A stretch of 64,000 nt of DNA from an uncultured Thermomicrobia bacterium (GTDB taxonomy: Bacteria; Chloroflexota; Chloroflexia; Thermomicrobiales; JALYUS01), in NCBI GenBank assembly GCA_937968015.1, contig CALBSO010000109.1:82115-146114 (forward strand), given 5' to 3'. Of this stretch, positions 35,749-44,367 are shown piece after piece. Numbering within the stretch: position 1 is the stretch's first letter; each line of letters starts with the position of its first letter. The position numbers and the translations under genes are program-made. The notes beneath the pieces were generated by a model. It ran no database searches. It saw only the letters and a list, made by a program, of their open reading frames with translations, and was not told where the DNA came from.

Positions 35749-37932
35749 ATGACAGGCATTGTCGGGGGTGGCATGGCGTTCGCAATCAGATCGCGCCGCG
35801 CCGTACGGGCACAACCCACATGGACGGTCGTGCCGTTCGACGCGTGCGGTGCGGGTGTCGGCGAGATTCCGCTGACGGTCGCGATCGAAACGCCGCATGA
35901 TAGCGAGACGTTGCTCATCCTTTGTGCCGAGGCCATGCATCCCGACCCGGAGGCGACGCGGCGCTGTCTGCTTGCGCTCGATGCTTTCCGTGCCGGGTAT
36001 GCCGGGGCGGGGTCGCGCATGCTCACCAACGCACTGATCGCGGGCATGGAGGAAGCGAATCGCGCGCTGTACGATCAGCGCGCGTCGCGTGGGATGCATC
36101 AGCCGGCCGGTATTGGGCTGACGGCGTTCGTCGCGCGGGGTGCGGATGCCTACGTTATCCAGGCCGGGCCGGGTCAGGCGCTGATCGTCGGCGCGGAAGC
36201 GATCACGGCGCTGCCACCGTTGCATCGCCACGGACAGCCTGACTCCGCGCCGCTCGGCACGCTCCCGACGGTCGAGCCGGATCTCTTTCATGTGGACGTG
36301 GGCGAGGGACTCTTCGCCGCCCTCTGCGTCTCCGCGCTCGGTCGCGTGTTGTCCCGCGAGGACGACGGGCCGCTCCTGGCATGCGATGCGGCGCATGCGG
36401 CGAACTATCTCGTTGCGCTCGGCACACGTTACCGATTGCCGCAGGCGTACGGCGTCCTCTGTTCGACGATGAGCGGCAACGACGGGCGATCAGGTGTGTC
36501 GCGTCCAGGCGGCACGGTCGGGTGGCCCGCGCCCGCGATTGCGGAAGACTCGTTTACTGAGACATGGCCTACGGGTCTTCCGCTTCCCGAAGAACCATCC
36601 CGGCATGCGCGATACGTGCCCGCGCCTGTGCCTCAGCGTGACGAGGACGAACCGCGTTGGGACTATCTCGGAGAGCGGGAACAACGCGTTCGATCCGGAC
36701 GCCAGCGCGGGTGGCGCGGGGAAGCGGCCCGGTCGCGGGCCGTGCGATGGGACGATCCATATCGCCCGCGCCGCGCCTGGAAGCTACCGCAATTGCCACC
36801 GCGCCTCTGGGTTCTCGCCGGTGGGTTTCTGCTCGCGCTCGCGCTCGCTGCGTTGATCGGCACTGTCCACACACTGGCGGCGCACCGCGCGAACACCGCA
36901 ACGCTGCATGAGTTGGACGGCATCGCGGCGGCGCGATTGCAGGCGGTCGCGCACGGCGACCCCCAGGCGCAATACACCGCACTGACGGCGGTGGGTGGGC
37001 AGTTGGAGAAAGTGGCGGCGGAAGGCCGGCAAACAACGCGCGTTGCCCAGGAACGGCAGGCGCTGACCCAGGCGCTCGACGCGGCAACTGGCGTGACGCG
37101 TGTCACGCCGCGCCCGGTGATGGCGCTGCCGCATTTTGATGGCGGTCCGGGTAGCCATCGTCTCCTCCTCGCGGGCGACGACGGCAATCTCTACCTCCTT
37201 GAACGCGACAAGAACGATTGGGGCGTCTATGCCGTCAATCCGGTGGCGCAGAAGCCGGATCGCCTGTTCACGACAGGCAATGTCGCCAATAAAGTGCCGG
37301 CGGGTGAGTTGCGTGGGTTGATCTGGGTCGGTGGGCCGGCGACGACGGATCGCACGCGCCTCTTCGCGCGTACCGCGACCGGCGCGTGGGGCGAACTGGC
37401 GCTTCCCGCGCTCGCTGAGAACCGCCCGACCGCGATCGTCGCGCTCGGCGACGGTCTGTATCTGCTCGACCGCGCGGTCGGCGTCATCGTACGCGTCCCG
37501 TTCGCCGGCGGTGGCGGCGTGAAACCATGGACGACCGACGCGGCGACCGCCGAACTGAAAACGGCGGTGGACATGACGAGCGACGGTCAGACCATCTGGG
37601 TGTTGCTCGCGGACGGGCGTGTGCGCGGCTTCGTTGGTGGGGCGCCCGCGCAACTGATCGCAACCACCGCTATCCCGCCAATCAAGGAACCGACCGCGAT
37701 CGCGTCCTCCGCGAGCAGCCCGTATCTCTATATCGCGGATGGAGCACAGGGACGGATCTTGCGCGTGCGGAAGGCCGATGGACGACTGGTACAGGTGTTA
37801 CGGGCGGCGGACGGCGCGCCACCGATCACGCCGGTGCAAGGTCTGGCAATAGACGAAGGGAAAGGCACACTGTGGTATGTCACTGCTGACGGGATCGTTA
37901 CATTGCCATTGCCGCCCGTTGGTGGCGCATAA
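35749..37932 (+). CDS. membrane protein with degenerate PP2C-like N-terminal domain and extracytoplasmic beta-propeller-like C-terminal domain, function unknown
   Basis: The N-terminal 230 aa loosely resemble PPM/SpoIIE phosphatase folds (GIGLTAFVARGADAYVIQAGPGQALIV). There is a single TM (LWVLAGGFLLALALAALIG). The C-terminal repeats (LYLLD, IWVLLADGRV, LYIADGAQGRILRV, LWYVTADG) suggest NHL/propeller blades. Confidence 0.55.
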   Translation: MTGIVGGGMAFAIRSRRAVRAQPTWTVVPFDACGAGVGEIPLTVAIETPHDSETLLILCAEAMHPDPEATRRCLLALDAFRAGYAGAGSRMLTNALIAGMEEANRALYDQRASRGMHQPAGIGLTAFVARGADAYVIQAGPGQALIVGAEAITALPPLHRHGQPDSAPLGTLPTVEPDLFHVDVGEGLFAALCVSALGRVLSREDDGPLLACDAAHAANYLVALGTRYRLPQAYGVLCSTMSGNDGRSGVSRPGGTVGWPAPAIAEDSFTETWPTGLPLPEEPSRHARYVPAPVPQRDEDEPRWDYLGEREQRVRSGRQRGWRGEAARSRAVRWDDPYRPRRAWKLPQLPPRLWVLAGGFLLALALAALIGTVHTLAAHRANTATLHELDGIAAARLQAVAHGDPQAQYTALTAVGGQLEKVAAEGRQTTRVAQERQALTQALDAATGVTRVTPRPVMALPHFDGGPGSHRLLLAGDDGNLYLLERDKNDWGVYAVNPVAQKPDRLFTTGNVANKVPAGELRGLIWVGGPATTDRTRLFARTATGAWGELALPALAENRPTAIVALGDGLYLLDRAVGVIVRVPFAGGGGVKPWTTDAATAELKTAVDMTSDGQTIWVLLADGRVRGFVGGAPAQLIATTAIPPIKEPTAIASSASSPYLYIADGAQGRILRVRKADGRLVQVLRAADGAPPITPVQGLAIDEGKGTLWYVTADGIVTLPLPPVGGA

Positions 37933-37947
37933 TCCGCTCGACATAAT

Positions 37948-37961
37948 TCGTATGGTATACT
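37948..37961 (+). promoter_or_regulatory. extended -10 promoter TTCGTATGGTATACT upstream of hpt
   Basis: TGgTATACT at 37953-37961. The 13-mer TTCGTATGGTATA is identical to 13902-13914. Confidence 0.45.
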
Positions 37962-38027
37962 CGATGCAGGTAGGAGCGTGGAGAAAGTGATACGAGACGC
38001 ACCTATTGAGCCGCGAAAGGAGCACGC

Positions 38028-39077
38028 GTGGCGCAAGATCGCGTAAATGCCCCCGACTGGGATGGCCGCCCGTCGCTCGTCCCGGACGACGCAGCCGCGC
38101 CTATCGCGCCGTTGCCTGTGCCTTCCTCGTCGCCAGCGCCTGCTCCCTTCGCCCATCAGGCCGAAGCGGATTTTGCGGAACTGCTCAACTTCTATCGCAT
38201 TCCCTGGCTCTACGAACCGACGTCGTTCGCGATCGAATGGGAAGATGATGCGGTCACGGAGATGTTCACGCCCGATTTTTACCTTCCCGATCAGGATCTG
38301 TATGTCGAGTTGACAACGATGAAGCAGAGCCTGGTGACGAAGAAGAACCGCAAGGTACGGCGGCTACGCGAGTTGTATCCCGACCTGCAGATCAAACTGC
38401 TCTACCGCCGCGATTACCAGCAACTCGTCGCGCAGTACGGCTACGGTGCGCTGGAAATCACCGAACTGCGGCCGGAGGACATTGACCGTATCCTCGTCAG
38501 CCCCGCCGAACTCCACGAGCGGGTCGTCGCACTTGGTGAGCAAATCTCACACGATTATGCCGACCGGACGGTCGTGCTCGTCGGCGTGCTCAAAGGCGTG
38601 ACCTTCTTCCTGGCGGACCTCGCGCGCGCGATTACGCGGCCGCTGGCGATTGATTATCTGGCGGTCGCGGGGTATGGGACACCGGCAAAGGGCCGCTCGC
38701 GGCAGCCGGGAGCGGTGCGGATCATCAAGGACCTGGATGAGGAGATTGTCGGCCAGCATGTGATTCTCGTCGAAGATGTTGTCAATACCGGCTTGTCACT
38801 CGCCTATATCCTCAAACACCTGAAGGCGAAGAAGCCCGCAAGCATCGCGGTCGTGACGCTGCTGGATAAAGTGGACAAGCGCCTCGTGGATGTGCCGCTC
38901 GATTACGTCGGCTTTCCGTGCCCGAACGAGTTCGTGATCGGGTATGGACTGGACTACCGCGAGCGGTATCGCAACCTGTCGTTCCTTTGCGTGCTGAAGT
39001 CGGAGGCGTACGAGCAGACCGCGCCGCTCAGGCCGCGCGAGGATGTCGTCGTGAGCGAAGTGGCACACACAAAGTAA
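38028..39077 (+). CDS. hpt: hypoxanthine phosphoribosyltransferase fused to a roughly 165-aa N-terminal domain of unknown function
   Basis: The C-terminal half has VLVGVLKGVTFFLADLARAI, IDYLAVAGYG and the PRPP loop VILVEDVVNTGLSL, which is an HPRT. The N-terminal half (FTPDFYLPDQDLYVELTTMK) is not HPRT. GTG start. Confidence 0.85.
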   Translation: MAQDRVNAPDWDGRPSLVPDDAAAPIAPLPVPSSSPAPAPFAHQAEADFAELLNFYRIPWLYEPTSFAIEWEDDAVTEMFTPDFYLPDQDLYVELTTMKQSLVTKKNRKVRRLRELYPDLQIKLLYRRDYQQLVAQYGYGALEITELRPEDIDRILVSPAELHERVVALGEQISHDYADRTVVLVGVLKGVTFFLADLARAITRPLAIDYLAVAGYGTPAKGRSRQPGAVRIIKDLDEEIVGQHVILVEDVVNTGLSLAYILKHLKAKKPASIAVVTLLDKVDKRLVDVPLDYVGFPCPNEFVIGYGLDYRERYRNLSFLCVLKSEAYEQTAPLRPREDVVVSEVAHTK

Positions 39078-39438
39078 GAGCCCCAACGGGTCTTGGCTGA
39101 GGCTCCTGAAACCGCTGGCTCCTGCGCCGCCTGCCATCTCGTCCGGGACTTGCGTCTAGCCGAAACGGCATTCGGTTTGGGATGATCCATGGGGCTGGAC
39201 GCGCTGCGGGAGCCCGCTTGCCTGCACCATTTCCGCCAGTGACTTCAGAGAACCGTCCGTAACTCCTTGGAACTCTTACCATCTGTACGTTACACCCTGT
39301 ACGGTCATTTGTCAAGGGGTTTTGCGCGCAATTTCCACAGAAGACGTAAATTGCCCAGTGCGAACCTTCTGTCAACTCATTACGTCAAGTCAGAGATGGC
39401 CCGGAGAACGGAATCCGGTATTCTGCGGCGTGGTCGTC

Positions 39439-39466
39439 AAAAAGAGAAAAGCCGCCGTGTGGCGGC
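39439..39466 (-). terminator. intrinsic terminator downstream of the NlpC/P60 gene
   Basis: The minus strand reads GCCGCC-ACAC-GGCGGC followed by TTTTCTCTTTTT, 24 nt after the stop at 39490. Confidence 0.75.
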
Positions 39467-39489
39467 ACGTTGATCTCCGCGGTACTGTG

Positions 39490-40851
39490 CTAGCTCAGGC
39501 GGCGGGCAGTGTAGTATTTCGGGCCGTAGTAGCCGCCATCAATATTGCTGACAACGACGCCTGTGCTCTCGTTCTCCGCATGGACGAACCGGCCACCGCC
39601 GATGTAGATCCCCGCGTGGGAGAGACCGGCAGTGTAGGTATTCGCGAAGAAGACGAGATCACCCGGCTGGAGGTTCTCCTTCGCGACGTATTGCCCGGAG
39701 GATGCCTGCTGCCCGATGGAATGCGAGATGTTTTGCCCGGCGACCTTCTGCGCGATGTACATCACGAAGCCGGAGCAATCGAAACCGCTCGGTGATGCAC
39801 CGGCCCAGACGTACGGATAGCCAACATACTTCATCGCTTCCGCGACGATCTTGCCGCCGAGCGTGGTTGCGGTCGCCGGTGCGGATTGCTGCGCGGGAGG
39901 CGCATTGGCGGGCGGAGCCGTCTGGTTCGATGATGGCGGCGCGGGCAGCGGCGTCTTCTTCGTCGCAGCATCGGCGGTCTTCGTCAGATACGGGCCGACG
40001 ACGAAACCCTTGGTGCCATCGAAGGAGACGGGTACCCAGCCGTTGCCTTTCGCGTCGGTTGTGGGATTGCCCATCACCGTCACAACGGTGCCTTCTTCGA
40101 GGATCGTGAGGACATCCGCGCTATAGCGGGCGTCCCCGCGCAGGCGGACGCCCGCGTTATCGGTGTTCGTCACCTTGACGCGATCACCATCCTTGACATC
40201 AGGCGCCTGCGCCACTGGCGCTGCGGTATTCTTGCTTGTCTTCGTGTCCGCCGGAGCGTCGGTAGGAATCAGATACGTGCCCATCAGGTAGCCATGATGC
40301 CCGGCGTGGTTGACGTGATACCACGGCGTGCCATCCGCATTGAAGGTCGGCCCGGAGACGATGAGGACAATCGCGCCTTCCGGTACCAGACCGATCACAT
40401 TCGCGTTCGTGTCGGTATTATCACGGAGACGGACGCCGCTACCATCGGTGAAGGTGACGGCGGCGAAGTTCGCCAGTTTGCGCGCGCCGATATAATCGGC
40501 ATCAACCCAGCCGCTCTGCCCGGCGTACTGGACTTGATACCAGGTGACGCTGTCGGCATCTTTGGGGCCATTGGTGATGAGGACAATCGCGCCTTCGGCG
40601 ATCATCGTGATCACGGATGCGCTCATCGAAGGATCGGTCCGCAGCCGGACGCCATCGCCGCCCGTATTGAAGATGACGGCGGTTTGCCCACCGGGGAAAA
40701 GCACCGCACCGACAGGCGAGGCGAAGAGATAGGATGTCATGACGCTGGCGGAAACCAAGGCGGTGCGACAGAGAAAGCCGCGGCGCGTGAGCCGATCGGT
40801 CAACCCGGAACCCCTCCCCAACAGGCGACGCGTCCCTATGCGCCGTCCCAT
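39490..40851 (-). CDS. secreted NlpC/P60 cell-wall peptidase with four SH3b-like repeats
   Basis: Signal peptide, then four repeats of GVRLR...A.V......G.......G........W..V...G..G.V (bacterial SH3). The C-terminal YVWAGASPSGFDCSGFVMY...GDLVFF...SHAGIYIG is the NlpC/P60 catalytic core. Confidence 0.9.
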   Translation of the reverse strand: MGRRIGTRRLLGRGSGLTDRLTRRGFLCRTALVSASVMTSYLFASPVGAVLFPGGQTAVIFNTGGDGVRLRTDPSMSASVITMIAEGAIVLITNGPKDADSVTWYQVQYAGQSGWVDADYIGARKLANFAAVTFTDGSGVRLRDNTDTNANVIGLVPEGAIVLIVSGPTFNADGTPWYHVNHAGHHGYLMGTYLIPTDAPADTKTSKNTAAPVAQAPDVKDGDRVKVTNTDNAGVRLRGDARYSADVLTILEEGTVVTVMGNPTTDAKGNGWVPVSFDGTKGFVVGPYLTKTADAATKKTPLPAPPSSNQTAPPANAPPAQQSAPATATTLGGKIVAEAMKYVGYPYVWAGASPSGFDCSGFVMYIAQKVAGQNISHSIGQQASSGQYVAKENLQPGDLVFFANTYTAGLSHAGIYIGGGRFVHAENESTGVVVSNIDGGYYGPKYYTARRLS

Positions 40852-41011
40852 TTTCTCCTCTGGCCCTCAGGCCGCACGAACGGATACGCCTAATCGTTGG
40901 CTTCACGGCTCTCCCCGGAGCCAGTGAAACGAACCCCACAACAACGAAACAGTGACCGTACGCGTAGCCCGGGAACAGCTAAGAAGAGAGAGGTCCCCGG
41001 TTCTGATTGCC

Positions 41012-41040
41012 ACCGTACACCCCGAATTTGGATGTGTCAA
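41012..41040 (-). promoter_or_regulatory. promoter TTGACA-17-TACGGT for the NlpC/P60 gene
   Basis: The minus strand reads GGGGGG-TTGACA-CATCCAAATTCGGGGTG-TACGGT. This would give a leader of about 155 nt before ATG 40851. Confidence 0.45.
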
Positions 41041-41114
41041 CCCCCCTTGCACTGGCTGAAAAGCCGCGAACGTACTACGTTTTCCGGACCGGACTCTCCA
41101 CTATAATGACAGAT

Positions 41115-42392
41115 TTAGCGCGCCGAGTCGCGCTCAGATAGATGCGTTCGTACGAAGGCATATGCGTCTGCCTGTGTCTCCACATCACCGTCGAGCCGCG
41201 CATTCCGCAATGCGCGGAGAATCTCGCCATACGCCGGGCCGGGCGTGATACCGAGTGCCTTGAGATAATTCCCGAATGAATGGCCCCAATTCAAATCCTG
41301 GCGCCGGATGTGATGGAGCCGTTCATAAAACAGTGCGGCGCGCGTGGCGGCCGGATCACCGTCAAGCAATGCACGCACCACGCGTTCACTCAGATTGTCG
41401 AGTAAAGCGGCAACCTCAGAGAGGCGCGACGCATGTGCAATGACACCTCGGCTTCGCCACACATGGATCAGCATGCTGATCCGCGCATGCGTCCTTCCGA
41501 CTGGTATGTCCGCGAGCAGCCGGGCGAGGGCTGCGTCGTCCTGGCGGCACACGAAGAAGGCCCAGACGGGCCACGCCGTTGGAGCGACGAGCGGCATTCG
41601 CGTCGCTATCCAGTCATCCCAGATCAGTACCGGCGATGTCGCGCGCAGCAACCCGCATGTGTCGAATGCGGCGAAGCAGGCGACCGGATCGGCTTCGCGG
41701 ATACCCAGGTCCAGTTCATGCCGCTTTCGATCCGGTGAAATCGTTCTCAGCGCACCCTCGGCAACCGCCGTGCGCAACAGCGCTGCGGTATGTGGCTCGA
41801 CGGTGAAACCGAATCGAGCGGCGTAGCGAACCGCGCGGTACAGGCGCGTCGGATCATCGCGGAAAGTCGCGTCATGCAAGACGCGGATCGTGCCCGCCCG
41901 GAGGTCGGTCAAGCCGCCGGTTGGGTCAAGCAAGGCTCCAAAACCGTGCGGCGTGATGGGGAGCGCCATCGCATTGACGGTGACGTCGCGGCGATGCAGG
42001 TCCTCATTGATGCTCGCGGGGAATATCACGACCGGCAATGCGCCAGGGTGCGGATAGGTTTCTGTGCGCGCGGTCGCGAAGTCAACGCTCATCCCGTTGT
42101 CGGGGATGCGGACCGTCGCGGTGCCGAAACCCGTCGTCTTGGCGACTACTGCCTTCGCGATAATCGCGAAGTGTTGTGCGACGCGGCGGGCATCGGTGGT
42201 CGTGACAATGTCAATGTCATGGAGACGCATGTCATGACGCAGTACGTCACGGACCGGGCCGCCGACCAGAAATGCCTCACCACCCGCCTCCGCAACACTC
42301 GCCGCGGCGAGCAGTAACACGGTGCGCTGGGGTGCGCTAAGCGCGTCCCAGAGGGTTGCGGGATCAAGCTGGTCCGGTCGTATTGCCGTCAT
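41115..42392 (-). CDS. cca: CCA tRNA nucleotidyltransferase / poly(A) polymerase family protein
   Basis: FLVGGPVRDVLRHDMRLHDIDIVT (GG.VRD ... D.D nucleotidyltransferase head) and RDVTVNAMA are present. Confidence 0.85.
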   Translation of the reverse strand: MTAIRPDQLDPATLWDALSAPQRTVLLLAAASVAEAGGEAFLVGGPVRDVLRHDMRLHDIDIVTTTDARRVAQHFAIIAKAVVAKTTGFGTATVRIPDNGMSVDFATARTETYPHPGALPVVIFPASINEDLHRRDVTVNAMALPITPHGFGALLDPTGGLTDLRAGTIRVLHDATFRDDPTRLYRAVRYAARFGFTVEPHTAALLRTAVAEGALRTISPDRKRHELDLGIREADPVACFAAFDTCGLLRATSPVLIWDDWIATRMPLVAPTAWPVWAFFVCRQDDAALARLLADIPVGRTHARISMLIHVWRSRGVIAHASRLSEVAALLDNLSERVVRALLDGDPAATRAALFYERLHHIRRQDLNWGHSFGNYLKALGITPGPAYGEILRALRNARLDGDVETQADAYAFVRTHLSERDSAR

Positions 42393-42442
42393 TGCCGTTG
42401 GGTCTCCTTCGCCGTTCGCGGGCGCATGGTATCATTTTCGGC

Positions 42443-42961
42443 ATGAATACTGGCAGCCCTCCTCGCATCGCCGCGCCATCCCGCACAGTGAAAAGCCGCG
42501 CACCATCAGAAACCACGCGGCTCGGCGAGCGCATCGGTCAGGATGTCCACGCCGGAGACGTGCTCCTTCTCCGCGGCGACCTCGGCGCGGGGAAAACGCA
42601 GTTCGTGCGCGGCGTGGCGGTGGGTCTCGGCATCGCCGGCCCGATCCCGTCGCCGACTTTCACGCTCGTCAACGAATATGAGGGGCGCAACGCGGCGGGT
42701 GAGCGGGTGCCGCTCGCACACATTGACCTCTACCGGCTCGGTGAAGGCGGCGATCTCGATTCCGTTGGCCTCGATGAGTATTTCGGCGGCAGGTGGGCCG
42801 TCGCTATCGAGTGGCCGGAGCGCGCCGTGGACGATGGCTTCGTACCGGAGGCCTGGCTGGACATTGCGATTGCCGACGTGGGCGACGAGGCACGAATATT
42901 AACGATCACCGGCTACGGCGATGCCGCACGCCTGCTCGCCGCACTTGAGCAGGTGCACTGA
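42443..42961 (+). CDS. tsaE: tRNA t6A37 biosynthesis ATPase TsaE
   Basis: LLLRGDLGAGKTQFVRG (P-loop), SPTFTLVNEY and HIDLYRL are present. It is followed by tsaB, rimI and tsaD. Confidence 0.9.
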   Translation: MNTGSPPRIAAPSRTVKSRAPSETTRLGERIGQDVHAGDVLLLRGDLGAGKTQFVRGVAVGLGIAGPIPSPTFTLVNEYEGRNAAGERVPLAHIDLYRLGEGGDLDSVGLDEYFGGRWAVAIEWPERAVDDGFVPEAWLDIAIADVGDEARILTITGYGDAARLLAALEQVH

Positions 42962-43671
42962 TGGATACCGCGTCCGGGTTGCTCCTTGCCCTCGACACAT
43001 CGTCAGAGTCTATCGGCTTCGCCATCGCGCAGCACGACTGTCTGCTGGCGGAAGCGATCTGGCGTGGACAGCGGCAGGGGACGGCTACATTGCTGGCGGA
43101 AGCGATGCGGGCACTCGAAGCGTTGGGGCACACGCAGAATGATCTGGTCGCTGTCGCCGTCGCGACCGGGCCGGGGTCGTTCAGCGGTTTGCGCGTCGGT
43201 ATGGGCGCCGCGAAGGGGCTGGCGCTCGGGCTGGATATTCCGATTATCGGCATCCCGACGCTGGCGATCACTGCCGAGCCATTCCGCTACGCGCGGCAAC
43301 CGGTCTGCCCAATGATCGCGGCGGGCCGGGGCCGCTTCGCGTACGCGGTATTTGAGGAACGGGACAACGCTATGCATGAGACCGTACCCGCGGCGCACGG
43401 TACCGGCGCGGAGATTGGCGCGGTGCTGGCGGCATATCCCAGCGTGATTGTTTGCGGCGACGTGGACGGCGCGACGGCCGAGGCGATATGCGCCGCCGCG
43501 CCGGGCACGACGATGCCACCGGTGGGCGTGCGCATCCGTCGGCCGGGGGCATTGGCAGCGCTGGCGTGGCGGCGCATACTTACGGGGGCGCCTGACGACC
43601 TCGTCGCGCTCGAACCGATCTACCTTCATTCGGCCGCGCCCGCGAGTGCGCCCCGCGCCGCGAAAGGATAA
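42961..43671 (+). CDS. tsaB: tRNA t6A37 biosynthesis protein TsaB
   Basis: LLALDTSSESIGFAI and VATGPGSFSGLRVGMGAAKGLA are present. The ATG overlaps the tsaE stop (TGATG). Confidence 0.9.
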   Translation: MDTASGLLLALDTSSESIGFAIAQHDCLLAEAIWRGQRQGTATLLAEAMRALEALGHTQNDLVAVAVATGPGSFSGLRVGMGAAKGLALGLDIPIIGIPTLAITAEPFRYARQPVCPMIAAGRGRFAYAVFEERDNAMHETVPAAHGTGAEIGAVLAAYPSVIVCGDVDGATAEAICAAAPGTTMPPVGVRIRRPGALAALAWRRILTGAPDDLVALEPIYLHSAAPASAPRAAKG

Positions 43672-44367
43672 GTGGTATTGCCCTACGTGATTGAACCGAT
43701 GACGATCGAGGATCTGTCCGAGGTCCACGCGGTCGAGGTGCAGTCCGTGCCGACGCCGTGGCCGATCAGCGCGTACCGGCGCGAGTTGAACAACCCGCAG
43801 GGCAACTATTACCTCGTCTGTCGCTGGCGGCCGCCGGATGGTAGTGCGATGGAGCGCGCGGAGGAACGGCAATCGCGCGGGCTTTTCCCGCTCTTCCACC
43901 GCCATCCGGAGCGCACCGGCCCGCCGATGCACGCCCCGATCTGTGGATTCGCGGGGATGTGGGTGCAGATGGATGAGGCACACATCACGATCATCGGCGT
44001 CGCGCCCGCGCATCGTGGCCGGGGCGTCGGCGAGTACATCTTCACGGCGCTGATAGACGAAGCGATATGCCGCAACGCGACGTGGATCACGCTGGAGGTG
44101 CGCGTCTCAAACCTGCGGGCGCAGAATCTCTACGCGAAGTACGGTTTCAGCGTACAGGGCACCCGCCGCCGGTATTACAGCGATGATGGCGAAGATGCCT
44201 ACGTGATGTCCTCGCCACCGGCGAACACGGCCGCCTATCACGAGCATTACGTCGCGCTGCGGCAGGCCAATCATGCGCGAATCGCCGCTTTCTACGACTC
44301 GCTTGCGGGCGTGGCGGACCCGCGCTCCTATTCGGATGGGCTAGCGCATGGACATCCTCGCGATTGA
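43672..44367 (+). CDS. rimI: ribosomal-protein-alanine N-acetyltransferase RimI (GNAT) with an internal insertion of about 40 aa
   Basis: VAPAHRGRGVGEYIF (GNAT motif A) and LEVRVSNLRAQNLYAKYGF are present. It sits between tsaB and tsaD as usual. GTG start directly after the tsaB stop. Confidence 0.85.
   Translation: MVLPYVIEPMTIEDLSEVHAVEVQSVPTPWPISAYRRELNNPQGNYYLVCRWRPPDGSAMERAEERQSRGLFPLFHRHPERTGPPMHAPICGFAGMWVQMDEAHITIIGVAPAHRGRGVGEYIFTALIDEAICRNATWITLEVRVSNLRAQNLYAKYGFSVQGTRRRYYSDDGEDAYVMSSPPANTAAYHEHYVALRQANHARIAAFYDSLAGVADPRSYSDGLAHGHPRD

Noticed and set aside
40852-41040. ydaO-type cyclic-di-AMP riboswitch upstream of the NlpC/P60 gene.
   Set aside because: By eye I could not find the P1 closing helix or the conserved 3' strand of the ydaO consensus; only generic GGGGA runs are present. 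It is kept as an unclassified long leader pending a cmsearch.
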